Program-made: the position numbers and the translations under genes
Notes under the pieces: model-generated
Seen by the model: the letters and a program-made list of their open reading frames with translations, nothing else
What the model was told of the DNA's origin: nothing
The model's database searches: none
Shown: piece by piece, positions 22,791 through 34,882 of the stretch
Layout of the letters: each line of letters begins with the position of its first letter
Numbering within the stretch: position 1 is the stretch's first letter
NCBI RefSeq assembly: GCF_018350175.1
Contig: NC_058382.1
Location: forward strand, 59,150,001 to 59,214,000
Direction: 5' to 3'
Length of the DNA: 64,000 nt
Origin: Felis catus
Taxonomy: Eukaryota

Positions 22791-25462
22791 CCCGCGGGCC
22801 AAGAGGCACCAGGGAGAAGTGCTCCGACCCGCTCCGACCCGGGGCCACATCTCCGTCTGGGAGCGGTCGCGCCTCAGACCCTCGCTCCAGCCCAGACTTC
22901 AGGACAGTCCCGGGCGGCGAACTCAGCCTCACCCACGACGTGTTCACCGCATCCGAGGTCGGAGGGCACGGCACGGGACTTGGAGCGACCCCCGGCTCAC
23001 AATTCCACAGACAACTGCGCACCGTGCGGGCTGAAAGGCCAGCCAGGACAGAAGCCAGCCTCCACGCACGTCTGCTAAAGTGTCGTGCTGTTCTGTTTTG
23101 TTTTTTAAGAAAAGCACAAACAATATAAAAAGCGTGTCTCACGCCTGGTAAAATTCTTGTCACTTTGCTTAGTGACATGAATCCAGCGAGAGCAGCTTTC
23201 AAGGACGCCAGCGCGCTTAATGACTTAAGATAAATGGAGCCAGTTTAGGGAAGAAAGAAAATTGGATGTTTTAAACACCAAAACCCCCCAAATTCTTGTC
23301 CCAGGAAATCAGTGACCCCTGTGGACGGGCAGCTGGAAAACACGGTCACTCTCAGCGGGGGAATGAGAACAAGGTCTCTATTACAAAGAAAGCATGGGCG
23401 TAAGGGAATACCAATTGGTAACAATTAGAGACGGATCAGATAGGTGGGGGAAAGTTCAGATCCCCTCTGGGGTATATTTATATATCCTCCCCAGAGCAGA
23501 AGGCTCGTTAACCTGTGACTGGCTATCGGCTTCCCCCATCAGTGACCTGCTCCAGTCTCTCTGCAAGGAATTTCAACTGTGCATGACTTTACTCAACATC
23601 ATTTGTGACTCTGTCACAGGGGACGCATTTTCCCCGGCCCTCGGAAGCATTGCAAACGCGTGGCCCCCAGGACCCAGGCGGACGCTGTGCACTCGTGAAG
23701 CGGCTAAGGAGCAGGCAATAGGGGGTGGTGGGGTCTGCGGCAAACTGAGAGCCCAGACCTTGCCCGAAGCGACAGTCATGGCTGAGCTCCGGACCCTCAT
23801 TTCTAGACAGGAACACGGGCCCAGGGTGGCCAGATCTGCTGAGTTTATCAAAAGCCACAGGATACCAGCATTTATACGTGAAATGTCCCATTTTCAAAGC
23901 ATCACGGGCCAAAAAAAGAAAAAAAAAAAAAGGAGAAGCATCCTGCTGCCATTGAAGGTCCTGTACTAAAGTCACAGGAAATGAAGTGATTTCTCTCTAT
24001 GCACGGACCACAGCCCCTCTTCCCCCATGAAGGGTGGCCTTCGGTGCTGGGCAAAATACAGACAAGTGGCCTGCCCAGTGGTGCCTTCTAGCTGGGCCCA
24101 AGAGCGTCCAACCGCTACACCTTTGCCTGGTCTGTGCCTCATTCCAGGAGGCCGTCCCTGACCCTCGCCAAATGCAACTGGAGTTCAAGGTCACCAGGGA
24201 GGTGGTCTTCCTGATTTGCGAGGAGCGTGTCCGTGGCTGTGCGAGTAGGGTTCGGGCCTGGCTGCCAGCCGGCCCACCCGCCAAAGAGCTCAGCATTCCC
24301 GCGTCTGGCCCTTCCCCGCGGTGGCTTCCCTCATTCACAAAAGAGGAGGTGTCCCCTGCCCTTTGTGTGCCAGACGATACGGTCGTTAACTTTCCGAGGT
24401 TGACGCCTTCGACCTAAAGCACCGTTCTCGACACAGACTCACTTGGCGAAGCTGATACAGGGGTGATGCTCCGACCGTGGGAGCATTTATGAAGCTCCTG
24501 CTGAGATCACTGGCCCTCAAACTCGGGCACCTCCGTGAAATCCCCTTAGCCGACCAGCACACCCCCCTCAAAATGTCTCTTTGTTTCTGCTCATTTGATA
24601 CTCGGGACCAAAACAAAGTCAATTAGAGATGACCCCTTGAGGTCAGGGACCACATTTCAGCACCTCCAACAGCATATGGTTCAGGGAACGTTGGTGACGG
24701 GGCCTCCACTCTCAGAGTGACCAGGGTCACCAGCCTGGAGCTCTCGTGAGGTGGGAACCGTCAGTCGGCTGCCTGGTTAATGAGCTAACGGGCTCTCCCT
24801 CCAGAGAGGCCCGAACCCGGAACCCACACGGGTGCAGAAGGGGCAGGACTAGGGCGGGGTCCTCTCGCCACAGAAAAAGACTGCACTCACCAGAGTTGTC
24901 CCCTCAGCTCCGGGATGGAAACATCTGCCACTGAGTACGGGCTCCAGCCACTTCCTGATGCATCAGCGCGTGTGATGTGATTCACGTGAGCAAACAGCGC
25001 GAACCCAAGTAACGGGACCGGCCTCGGCGTTCAGAAGTTAATCCGCGTAAGCCGCAGCGGTTGATAACCATGACGTTCTGGAAACCAGACACCGTAGATC
25101 ATTACATAGCGATGTCAAGCGGCAGGTTGTGGCCTGACCTCTCCCCAGTCCCTGGGTTCAAATCCCACAGGCTGACTCTTGTTCTAGATTTTTTTTTTTT
25201 TTTCACTTTGTGGTGGCACACAGTCTAACCTCCACTTTGCCTCGTCCCCTTAAGGCCAGGGTCGCCTTTCAGCAAGACAGAGGACACACTGCAAGTGGCT
25301 GGTATTTATTTTTCTGTTGTCGTTTCCAGTTTACTTCGCAAAACTTGATCTTAAAGGAAGGAACGAACAGTACTTAACTCTTTCCAGGTTTTGTTTCCCC
25401 CCCCCAGAGAAAACACCAGTCAGGGTAAGAGAGTCAGGGGTGTGAAGTGCGGAGTAACATGC

Positions 25463-25671
25463 TTTTTTAATGTTTATTTATTTTTGGGACAGAGAGAGAC
25501 AGAGCATGAACGGGGGAGGGGCCGAGAGAGAGGGAGACACAGAATCGGAAGCAGGCTCCAGGCTCTGAGCCGTCAGCCCAGCGCCCGACGCGGGGCTCGA
25601 ACTCACGGACCGCGAGATCGTGACCTGAGCTGAAGTCGGACGCTTAACCGACTGCGCCACCCAGGCGCCCC
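25463..25671 (-). mobile_element. Young feline SINE with intact TSD
   Basis: CpG-rich, near-consensus body; gtaacatgcttttttaa duplicated at 25454-25470 and 25673-25689. Confidence 0.97.
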
Positions 25672-26460
25672 TGTAACATGCTTTTTTAAAAGACAGATTA
25701 CACCCATCCTCGGGCACGTGACACGAAAACCGTGCAGCTAAGCAAACAAAATAGGACAGCAATATCCCATCTCTTTGGCTGCGGGGATAACGGATCTAGG
25801 TCAGCCGGCTCTGCAGGCGTGCCTCGTGGCCACTTTGCATGAAGCAAATCTCGCCTGCCTCCTTTGCCTTCTCTTTTCCCCGCCAACTTCAAAAGCTCGA
25901 GCGCATCCTCTCCCAGAAGGGGTAAAATTCCCAGAGCGACAAATCCGAAGGACAAAAGCTGCTTGAGGTCGAAGGCAAAAAGAAAACAGTCTCTCATCTG
26001 ATTAATGGTTTGAATTTAATTAGTGGGAAAAAGCTCAAATCAGACAGTTTGTGACTGGGTCGGGCCCCAGATCCCTTCTTGCAAAATTGCAAAACAGCGG
26101 AAGGGTCGCCGGTCTGGGAAGGCCGACCTTTTGGAGATGCCCACTGTTTGTGTGCTGGTCTAACCGGTGGGTTAAATAGGGGTTGACACAGGCGGGTTGG
26201 TGGTGTTCCAAGCCAGTGGTGAAAAGGGTGATTTTAGGGTTGTAAATTCTGAGGTTTTTGCAAATGAAATAGAGTTTTGGGAATATGGCAGCAGCACATT
26301 CTGACCCTCTAACCCTATCGCCGCCCTAGGAAATGGGAAGGGTGGAGGTATAGACCTTCTAGGGAGTCTGGATTTAAATACTTAGAGCTGTAAAGGGTGA
26401 GAGTGGGCAGGGATATTGCCTTTCCAGGATTAAGTTAGGTTATTTGAAAGAGCCTTCACA

Positions 26461-26580
26461 TCGTTCGTTCGTTTGTTCGTTCGTTCGTTCGTCCGTTCAT
26501 TCGTTCCACAAGCACTCAATGCTATTGGTGAGGTCACTGGGTGCGATATCAGGGGTGAGTAATTCAAAGTCCTCCCGGGA
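26461..26580 (-). mobile_element. L2 3' end with (TTCG)n tail
   Basis: (ttcg)n followed by cacaagcactcaatgctattggtgaggtcactggg resembles the reverse L2 terminus. Confidence 0.5.
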
Positions 26581-26784
26581 CAGCACGCGGGTCAGGGGAG
26601 GACAGTGACTCAGCCGAGATCACACCCAAGTGGGCAGCTGTGTCTGGATGAGCATCTTGTTTCCTGAAGCCCAGAGACCACCCCCATCATACAGGGTTTC
26701 CCCAACGGCACCCCACCTGACAAATGGGCACCCCAGGACTGCAAGATGGGTGAACGGGTAATTGTATTTAAAAGGGTTGTATTT

Positions 26785-26980
26785 CAGACTCGTTTCTCCT
26801 CCTGCCTACACCTTGGAATTACCTGGAGGGCTTTAAAGAAAAAATAAGTAAATAAAACAAAGGAGGTGCCTGCCCTCTTTCCAGATGGATCGAGGCAGAA
26901 CCACTTGGAGTTGGCGTTTACACTCTGGTCCTTCTCAAGAGCCCCCCATGAGCCTGGTGGCCATGATGGGGTGCAGGCTG
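26785..26980. mobile_element. MER5-family hAT-Charlie MITE
   Basis: ctacaccttggaattacctggagggctttaaag...aagagccccccatgag. Confidence 0.55.
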
Positions 26981-27534
26981 ACCAGTGACCCAGCGAGCTC
27001 CAACAAGGGTTTGCTCTGGGCCGAAGACAAGTCCCAGGCCCTCTGGTCACCTGGCCTCTGAGCAGCGCCCCAGTGGAGAGCACAGCTCTCTGTTCTCTGG
27101 GTCTACAAGTAAAGCCCTGGGCCCCCGACACCCCATCCCCCTGCCCCGCTCCCAGACCAGTCCCTTCCCCACCCCCCGAATCGGTCCCCTGTCCCCACCC
27201 AAAGGCCCCTGGTGCCCCCTGGCTCCCCTAACTTCTTTCACACCTTCGTGCTGACCTTCCTCCATGCCATCTAGGCTTCTCAGTGATGGCAAAGCCCTCT
27301 GAGCCCCTCCCCACCCCCAGTTTGGACTTCCATTTCCTGATTGTTTTCAATCCTAGGACTTTCCCTACATTACGAAACAGATGTCAGAAAGGCACAACAG
27401 TTCCACGTCTACGGTTTGGAAAATAGAGTTTTCATCGTTTATCCCTGTGGATATTCAAATAGGAACTGGTTCCTGTGCATTCTACGTGTGCTCCCCATAC
27501 CAATTCTCTACCCTTAGTCACGGCTTCAAACAAA

Positions 27535-27613
27535 AGCGGGTAGCATACTGTGGCTCAAAAAAGACCCTCAGTAAATACTGGCTGGCCGGACGGCTGGATG
27601 GACAGACGGATGG
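27535..27613 (+). mobile_element. L2 3' tail fragment
   Basis: tagcatactgtggctcaaaaaagaccctcagtaaatactggctgg followed by a ggat/ggac-type tetramer tail. Confidence 0.5.
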
Positions 27614-27639
27614 GTAAATTCCTGAGAGCCTACATTCCG

Positions 27640-27810
27640 AGGGCACATGGATCTGGATTTGAATCCTGATTGAGCCACGTACTTTACTAACTGGTGATAG
27701 ATTCCACAATGATCTGAGCCTTGGGTGAGGAGGCTCAACTTTAGAGGATGTTGGCGAAGATCTCATTAGCTCATCTTCATAAGAGTCCAGCAGAGTGCCT
27801 GACCCCAAGG
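27640..27810 (+). mobile_element. MIR SINE
   Basis: gatctggatttgaatcctgattgagccac...ttactaactggtga...ttagaggatgttggcgaagat...cagcagagtgcctgac. Confidence 0.6.
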
Positions 27811-27889
27811 AAATGACCAGTTTTCCAAGCTGAAAGACCCACGAATGGCTTCAGAGTTCGGTATAAATGTGGTTGAAATAACAATGATA

Positions 27890-28555
27890 ATTTTTTATAC
27901 CAAAAGGATCATATTTCGCATATAGTTCTACAGCTTCCTTTGTTCCTTAACGGTATATTTCACCCACACTATCTTATTCACAATCTATCGCCCTCATCAT
28001 TTCACAAGCATATGTCATGTGTAGATGTTTTCTTAATATTTCACCACATGAATATTCCACAGGATCAGTGGGCTTCAGGCTGTTTCTAACGTCTTGTAAT
28101 TCTAGATTCAATGACGATCCCTGAACACATATCTTCAGATTCATTTTGGTGGTTGGGGGGGGGGGGGCAATTGCTGGGAGTGGAATTTCTAGGTAAAACT
28201 GATAAATGGATAAGATGACAATCTGACAAAAAGTGCCGGATTGGCTCTTCAAAACGCATACCAATCTACGTCCCAACACCCCAACTAACTTGGAATATCT
28301 TCTAGATCTTGGACAGTCTGGCAGACAATAATCAAGTCTCCTTTTTCAACTGTGCGCCTGTGTTTGATTACCAATGACGGTCGGCACATTTTGCACGTAG
28401 ATGGGCCACGTGTACAGTGTTTATGTGAAATGCTCATGTCCTGTCCCGTGCTCATTTTTTTAAGCTGTTTATACTTTCATACTGATACTGAGACATAATT
28501 TTATAATGTGGCTCTTACTCATACATCCTCCGCCATATGTATTGCAAATTCCCAG
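27890..28555 (-). mobile_element. L1ME-type LINE-1 fossil
   Basis: AT-rich block with ggagtggaatttctaggtaaa, tttgattaccaatgacggtcggcacatttt, gtgaaatgctcatgtcctgtcccgtgctcatttt and atatgtattgcaaatt in reverse-L1 order. Confidence 0.65.
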
Positions 28556-31029
28556 GTATGGAGCTACCTCTCAATCTTCTATCACACATCTCCATAAAAT
28601 ATGGTGTAGATTACTCTGTCTTCTTTAACAGAGGCCATCGAACACAATTTAACTTCTTATCGATGACCCACAGCCTGGCCCTTCTTTGTGTGCTCCCAAA
28701 GTCTGTCCAAATGTTTGCCTTCTCATTAAATGGCCTCGCTTTGCCACACTTCTGATTCCTTTTCTCTTGGTATTAAACATTATGTTCTTCCCAGGTTCCT
28801 AAATGTACTTCTCTCTGCCAGCTACTGCTGAGGAATCCACCGAGTCTGTTAGAGTCGTGTCTAAAGTAGGAGCCACCGGGTCACAAAGGAGACCCCGTGC
28901 GCCCTCTTACTTAGGGCGCTGCAAAAGCTGCAGCAACAGGTCCCCAATTCTCACTTGGTATTTCCTTGCTGATCCTGGCTGCTTTTCAGCTAGCTAAGAG
29001 TCCTATTTGAAACCCCAGTTCAGTGAGGGATTCCTACATACCAGAGACCCCTAAATAGAAGCTGGTGAGTATGTCCTCTTTCTCGCGGATTGATTGGCTG
29101 TCAGACCTTAGACTTCATTTAGCCCACACCCGCCCTTTCCAGCCTTTGAAACCCTTTAACAATGTTTCCAGCCAAGTGGTCATCTAAGCCTCAGAACAAT
29201 TCCCGTGGGGACAGACCTTTCTTTAACCAGGGTATTCCATTTTGGATGGCTGTCATCACTCAAACAATACATGGAAGGTGACTCCCCAGAATATCCACCC
29301 CTCGGTCCTGGGTCTGCCTCTGGCTGGCCTGCATCTGCCTTCTCCACGATCAGACCAACGACTGCTGTGTAGTCTGCATCGATCTCCCTTGGTGGGCCTG
29401 CACCGTCCCCCCACCAAAAGCACCCCCTTCCGCCCTAGGGATAAACACAGGGCTTTCCAAATCCCACCGGGAACATGGGGCCAGCCTGGGAGTTCCACAA
29501 ACTGAGCTGCTCTGAGCTCAAAGAGGCACCAGACCCGAGGGGCGCCGAGCTCTGGGTGAGGTCATCACCGTTCCAGTCCCATTTAGCCTTCCCCAAACAC
29601 TGCGAGAAACCTGCCCACCAGGCAAGTCGATATTAAATGTCAGCCTAAAAGGGCTCTAAATCAAGGCAGGTTAGGTATTTAAGCTTCCTAAGTCTTGGCT
29701 GCTGCTTTCAACGCTGGCAACTGGCTACCCTTTCCTTCAGAGAGCCTCTGACTGTTTTGTCAACGTCTTTGACTGTGGCTCCAACGTCAACTCTTCTTGA
29801 ACCCCCCAAAAGGAAAGAAATCTGCACAAAGCAGGTATTTGTTTTTGTTCAACAATCTGGTCACTCAGAAAGGAGAATTCAGGTCTGTGCGCCCAGATGT
29901 TTCCCTTGAGGAGGGCCTGACTCCACCAGCCACCCAGCACCAGTGGCCGCCATGGGGGTCCTGAGGCCAAAGGCCTGGCCCACGTAACGTTCTGGCAGAG
30001 GACAGGCTTCGCTCAGCTTGAGGCAGGCATACTGAGTCCCAACCCCAGGCAGGGCAGAGCAGGGCAGAGGAGGATGAAGAACACATCACTGGGGAACTCG
30101 TTTGATTGGCCAAACCCAAGGACCACCCTAGGTTAAAAAAAATTACTGAATACCTACAGTCTGGGGCAAGAACACGAGTGCCTGGAGCGCCCCTTCTTGG
30201 GCCTTGTAGAATTTTCTCATCTGTAGGTGAGTAGCCTGGACCAGAAAATCTCGAAAATCCCCATCAAACCCAATGTTTTTAGAGTCAAGTGGGTTATTGG
30301 GGGTGGGGGGATGGGCACCAGCCCGTGTCTGCTGCCTTCACTCTCCTGGACAGTGTGTGGACCCAGTGTGCAGGGGAGATGGAACTGCTCAGGCAGGGAT
30401 GCCTGCAGGCCCTCGGGAGGCTGCCTCAGTTGTGGCCAGCAGCTCCAGCCCTGTCATCACCTAGCACTTGGGGACATTTAGATGTAGCTAACGTTCAGGA
30501 TGGTTCATGGTCCCTTTCGAGGGGACACACCATCTCTCACTCCGTGAACATAAAGATTGTGTTCAATGGTGACTATTTGGGTTTTCGTCTTGACAACCCC
30601 CCTCTGCATCAAACTCCCCATCCCTTCTCCATCAGCACACGGGTACACGCAGACTACGAGCAGCGTGGGAGATGGTGATGGAACGAGGCGTCTCTTCCGT
30701 CATTTAGACTCTGTAAGCAAGACGCAACATGTAAGTAATAAAATTCAGTCGGGGGAGAGACAAGCAGACGCCCTGTTTTGGCCACATCCTGTTGTCTGTT
30801 GGTGCTGTGTCCCCATTTGCTGAAATGAGGTGCTAAGCATCCAGTGAGTTTCTAGCACAATAGCAGGCAGGCGGGGAAAGTTCGAGATCCCCCTCTTTTC
30901 TAAGTCACATGACTAATTGGACAGAATTACATGCATCATGTTTTATTAAAATCTCTCTTCCGCTGCTTGCTCATCTATACAAGGACATTTCAGACCATCG
31001 TGTAGAATAAGAAAAGGAAGGGGGAAGAA

Positions 31030-31120
31030 ATTTCACGACGTATACGTGTATCAAAATATCAAGTTGTACGCTATAAATATCTATACTTTCTACATGTTAG
31101 TGATATCTCAACAAAGGTGT
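31030..31120 (+). mobile_element. L1MB/ME 3' terminus
   Basis: gtatacgtgtatcaaaatatcaagttgtacgctataaatatctatactttctacatgttagtgatatctcaacaaag. Confidence 0.75.
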
Positions 31121-31290
31121 TGAGAGAGAGAGAGAGGGGGAAAGAACAAATCTCAGCGTATCAGGTTTTCCCTTCCTTCACTGAAATACACAAGGAGAGC
31201 ATTTTCAAAGAGCACTAAAAATATGTCCCCAGGGTCATGGAGCAGAATTAAAGTCTTGATCCCTGTCTGCACTAGAGGCCCCCAAAGTCT

Positions 31291-31432
31291 CAGGGTGACC
31301 ATATAATTGAGCATCCAAACTGGAGCCCATTTGAGAGGGAGAGGAAACATTAAAACCAATTAGTAAACATGAATTAATTAGCAATCGCCTCAACCTAACT
31401 GTCCCAGCCCAAAGGGACTTACTGTCACCCTA
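31291..31432. mobile_element. MER94-like hAT-Blackjack MITE, near full length
   Basis: Terminal inverted repeats agggtgac...gtcaccct; internal ccatataattgagcatccaaactgg and actgtccc. Confidence 0.8.
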
Positions 31433-32842
31433 CAAACACCAGGCCTTGGGCTCGGTGGATCTGCAACCAATTTTCACCAAAGGATGAATGAGAGAAAAAA
31501 GGGCGATGTGAGTATGTACAAATTTGCTCGTGGTCGTCTACCGCCCTTCCTTGAGAAGGTCTATGTTGCATCTGTGATGACATTCTTCCCACTTGTTGTG
31601 TGTGTTGAGATGTTCTTTTCAAAATAAGTTAATTGGTTTTGGAGGTAGATCGTAGGGATTTTTGCTGCTTCTGTCAACCTCTTTGTTCCCTTGTTTTGTA
31701 AGTATCTTAACAGACACAATAAAAGTCGGTAAGCCTATGTCAATACACCTGATTCAAAACAAAGTATGCCCTGGTCTCCGGAATCACCAAATCTGGACCC
31801 ACTTCTCTGGACCTCTCAGGCGGAGCAGGGAGAGGACACCCCGGGGTGTCGCCTGTTGGCCCCGCGACGCCCACACCGTTCTCAGAACCCACTTCTCCAA
31901 CCACGCTGCATCATTTCCGCCCTATTGTCTGTCACCAGTGTTTAACTTGGATCCCCGCCCCACACACCACTAACGAGGGTCATTCCCTGAGTCCCACAAG
32001 AGCAGCGCACCCCACCCCCACGAGCCCACCCCAAGGAGTGGCAGCCCCTCCATCATCACAGATACTGGAATTTGTCTCAGAACCATCTGGCATGCATCAC
32101 TATGCAAACGATGTCCCCACTGAGGGAGCCCATGGCCAGATTGCTATCTCAAGACCCCATGTGGGGTTGTTGTTATTTTTACAGACAGCTCATTCGGCCA
32201 CTGCAGGGAACTAATTTCTTTTCAACAAGGCCTGAAGCCCTGCCTCTGCAGCACCCACCCTCAAGTTAGGGAAGCCAGACAGAAATGGAGGAGGTGGGGG
32301 TGGGGGACTATGATTAGCACAATTTCTAGGATCAAAGTCCTTTACGACCTGAAAGATCTCAGGCTGTTAGATTATAAATGGGGGGTTAATTAGACCCTTG
32401 TCAATCAACTTTTATCCCTGCCTTGGTTTGGGCAAATGGTTCTGACTTGGTCAACTCATTAATTAAGTCTTTTGGAGAACACAAGCTCAGGTGTTTATGT
32501 CACGCAGAGAAGCAGATGTGGGTGGTTGTCCACTCCTAGAGATCGCTTTTTCCTCCTTTTGGAGAACGGAGATGCATTTCATTTGCTTTAGAAAAAATAA
32601 CCAGAGATGTAGGGATTTAAAAGTCTTAAAGGATCTATGTGCCATTAATTCGCGGGCAAAGATTAAGGTACAGCTTGTTCTAGAGGTTAAAGACTCTGAG
32701 GTTGCGGTAACTACCTGATGCTGAATTCTAATTCTACACCGACGCGCTTGGCCAAGCTACGTGGCTGCAGTGAGCTTGACTCCCCTGACTTCTGTGGTGA
32801 CAAGTGTGACAGCATCAGCTCACAGAGTTGTCCTTAATGTCC

Positions 32843-33070
32843 TTTCATTCAACTACAATTTACTGGTCGCCTCTCACGTCACAAGCCCTGGGCTAGATCC
32901 TGGGAGTCCTACTGCCAATAAAACAAAAGTCCTTGTGGAGTTCACATTCTGGGCAAAAGAGGGCAGAGGAAACACACGTCAACAAATAAATCTATGACGT
33001 AATGCCCAGGAGAGGTAAGCGCCATGAAGAGATACTGAATAGAGCGCACGGAAAAAAAATTAGAGGGAGG
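32843..33070 (-). mobile_element. L2a 3' fragment
   Basis: ttcattcaactacaatttactggtcgcc...ccctgggctagatcctggg...ccttgtggagttcacattctggg...ggtaagcgccatgaag. Confidence 0.75.
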
Positions 33071-33129
33071 TGCTAAGGACATTGAGGCGTGAGCAGGGTT
33101 CCGGGCACATAGGTGGTCAGATAAAGTTA

Positions 33130-33290
33130 GTGATGATGATGATGGTGGTGTTGATGATGGTGACGATGATGGTGATGATGACGGGAATCATGATGGTGAT
33201 GGCGTTGATGGTGATGGTGATGGTGATGGTGGTGGTGGTGGTGGTGGTGGTAATGGTGATGGCGGCGATGTCACTGGTGAGGATGGTGAT
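33130..33290. repeat. Compound (TGA)n/(TGG)n trinucleotide repeat
   Basis: Seen directly. Confidence 0.95.
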
Positions 33291-34477
33291 TCCGGAAACT
33301 CTCCTGGCCCGCCAGATCCCTTCCTTCATTTATTTCTCTTCTGGGAAACAACCTTGAATGATCCTAATGGGAGTGTACGGATGCCAAAACTGTGCCTGCT
33401 TTTTCTTCTCCCAACTTCAACTCCTTCTCTTAGGGTTGGCCCAAGGTTTTGGAGTCAGCATTCCACTAGACCTCTACTGCGAAGCAACACACATGCATAG
33501 CCCGAGAAAGCATCCAAACTGCAAAAGAAAGGGGTTCCTTGTGTTTTGCTCCTTGGCAACGAGCTCGCCCTAAATCAGAACAAGGCTGATTGCACCTAGA
33601 TAGGAGCTCTTGGAGCCAGCTCTCCTGCTGCCCCCGGCTGCACGTGGCTGAGTGCCTTTCAGCCACACCTGTGCCTTTTATTAAATCCTGGGAAGAAACC
33701 CTTCGGACCAAGCTGTTCCATTACTAATTTAGCACCGCAGAGCAAAACGGCAACGAGGAATGAACTTCCCCTGGCCCTCCAGCCCTTGCGATAAGCCACC
33801 GGCCCTTGGCAAAATAAAATCGATGGTCATTTCCCCACAACCCAGGGACAGTGGCAGAACGGCCCCCTTCCAACAGCGTTTCTGGCCGCCTCCCAAACGC
33901 GCGGCCCTCCCGTTCATCTCGTTTTGGATAAAATCCACGCATTTGCCCTTGAGGCTGGAACCAGGCTAAGCTGGAGAATGAATCGTTCCCCCACTTCTCT
34001 CCCCATCTCCATGAGCGAAGGGGGGCAGGGGGGTAAAAGGTGAAAAGTAACACTTGGGGGACCCGTGTGTCACTGCTTCTCTCATCCAGACACATGAAGA
34101 GCAAAAGCATTTTGCCATCTTAAGGGCCAAACTGCTCCAACACCAGGAAACATAAGAATGCCGTTCCATTACCTGGGGTTTTTTTCACTGCAGTGAAAAC
34201 ACCTCTAACTCGAGGAAAAAAGGAATGCATCGATCGTTGCGGGGTCGCCCATGGGCTTGAAAGGAGTTTTAGAACAGGTCCCAGAGTGGTGGGGAAGCCC
34301 CACAGCCCGAGGGGCCGGTGGGCGGCCTGTCCTCAGACACCGGCCGTCGAGTGAGGGAGCGTCAGCCATTTCTAGCCAGAGGGTCACCCAACACTGATCT
34401 GAAATCCGGGCAGGACAGAGCTTGTCGGGGGGGCCCCCTGAGGGTATGTGACGTGCCCCCCTGTTGGCCACAGGGGA

Positions 34478-34882
34478 TGCCCGAGTCTGCTCAGGCTGCG
34501 GTGACAACAATGCCACCGAGGATCACAGACATTTCTTTTCTCACAATTCTGGAGACCCCAAATCCAAGGTACAGATGTCGGCAAGGTACTTCCCGGTGAG
34601 GCCTCTCTCCTTGGCTTGGAGACAGGCTCCCTGCTCGCTGGGCTTTCACATGGCTTTTCCTCTGTGCATACGCTCAGAGACAGAGAGAGCTCTCAGGTGT
34701 CTCTCCCTCTGCTTGGGGGACGCCGACTTCATCAGAAAGGGCCCCACCTCTATGACATCACTTACCCTGAATCACCTACTTAAAGGCCCCGACTCAAAAT
34801 AACGGTCTCATTGGTTGGAGCTTCTACCTATGAACCTATGTGTGTGGGGGGTGGGGGGCGGGTAACAATTCATTCCATAGGA
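34478..34882 (-). mobile_element. MaLR MLT1A/A0 full-length solo LTR with 5-bp TSD
   Basis: Matches reverse MLT1A end to end (ttctcacaattctggagac...ggtgaggcctctctccttggcttg...gggccccacctctatgac...aaaggccccg); gggga flanks at 34473-34477 and 34883-34887. Confidence 0.85.

Noticed and set aside
23394..23969. 191-aa ATG-initiated ORF with ordinary composition
   Set aside because: No recognisable family, runs through a poly-A tract (KKKKKKRR), and has no promoter or splice support; BLASTp/PhyloCSF would settle it
24656..24676. REST/NRSE-like site ttcagcacctccaacagc
   Set aside because: Lacks the invariant GG of GGACAG; the half-site at about 59430 likewise lacks the left half
33070..33357. Hydrophobic poly-Met/Val ORF resembling a membrane protein
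   Set aside because: Encoded by the (TGA/TGG)n microsatellite
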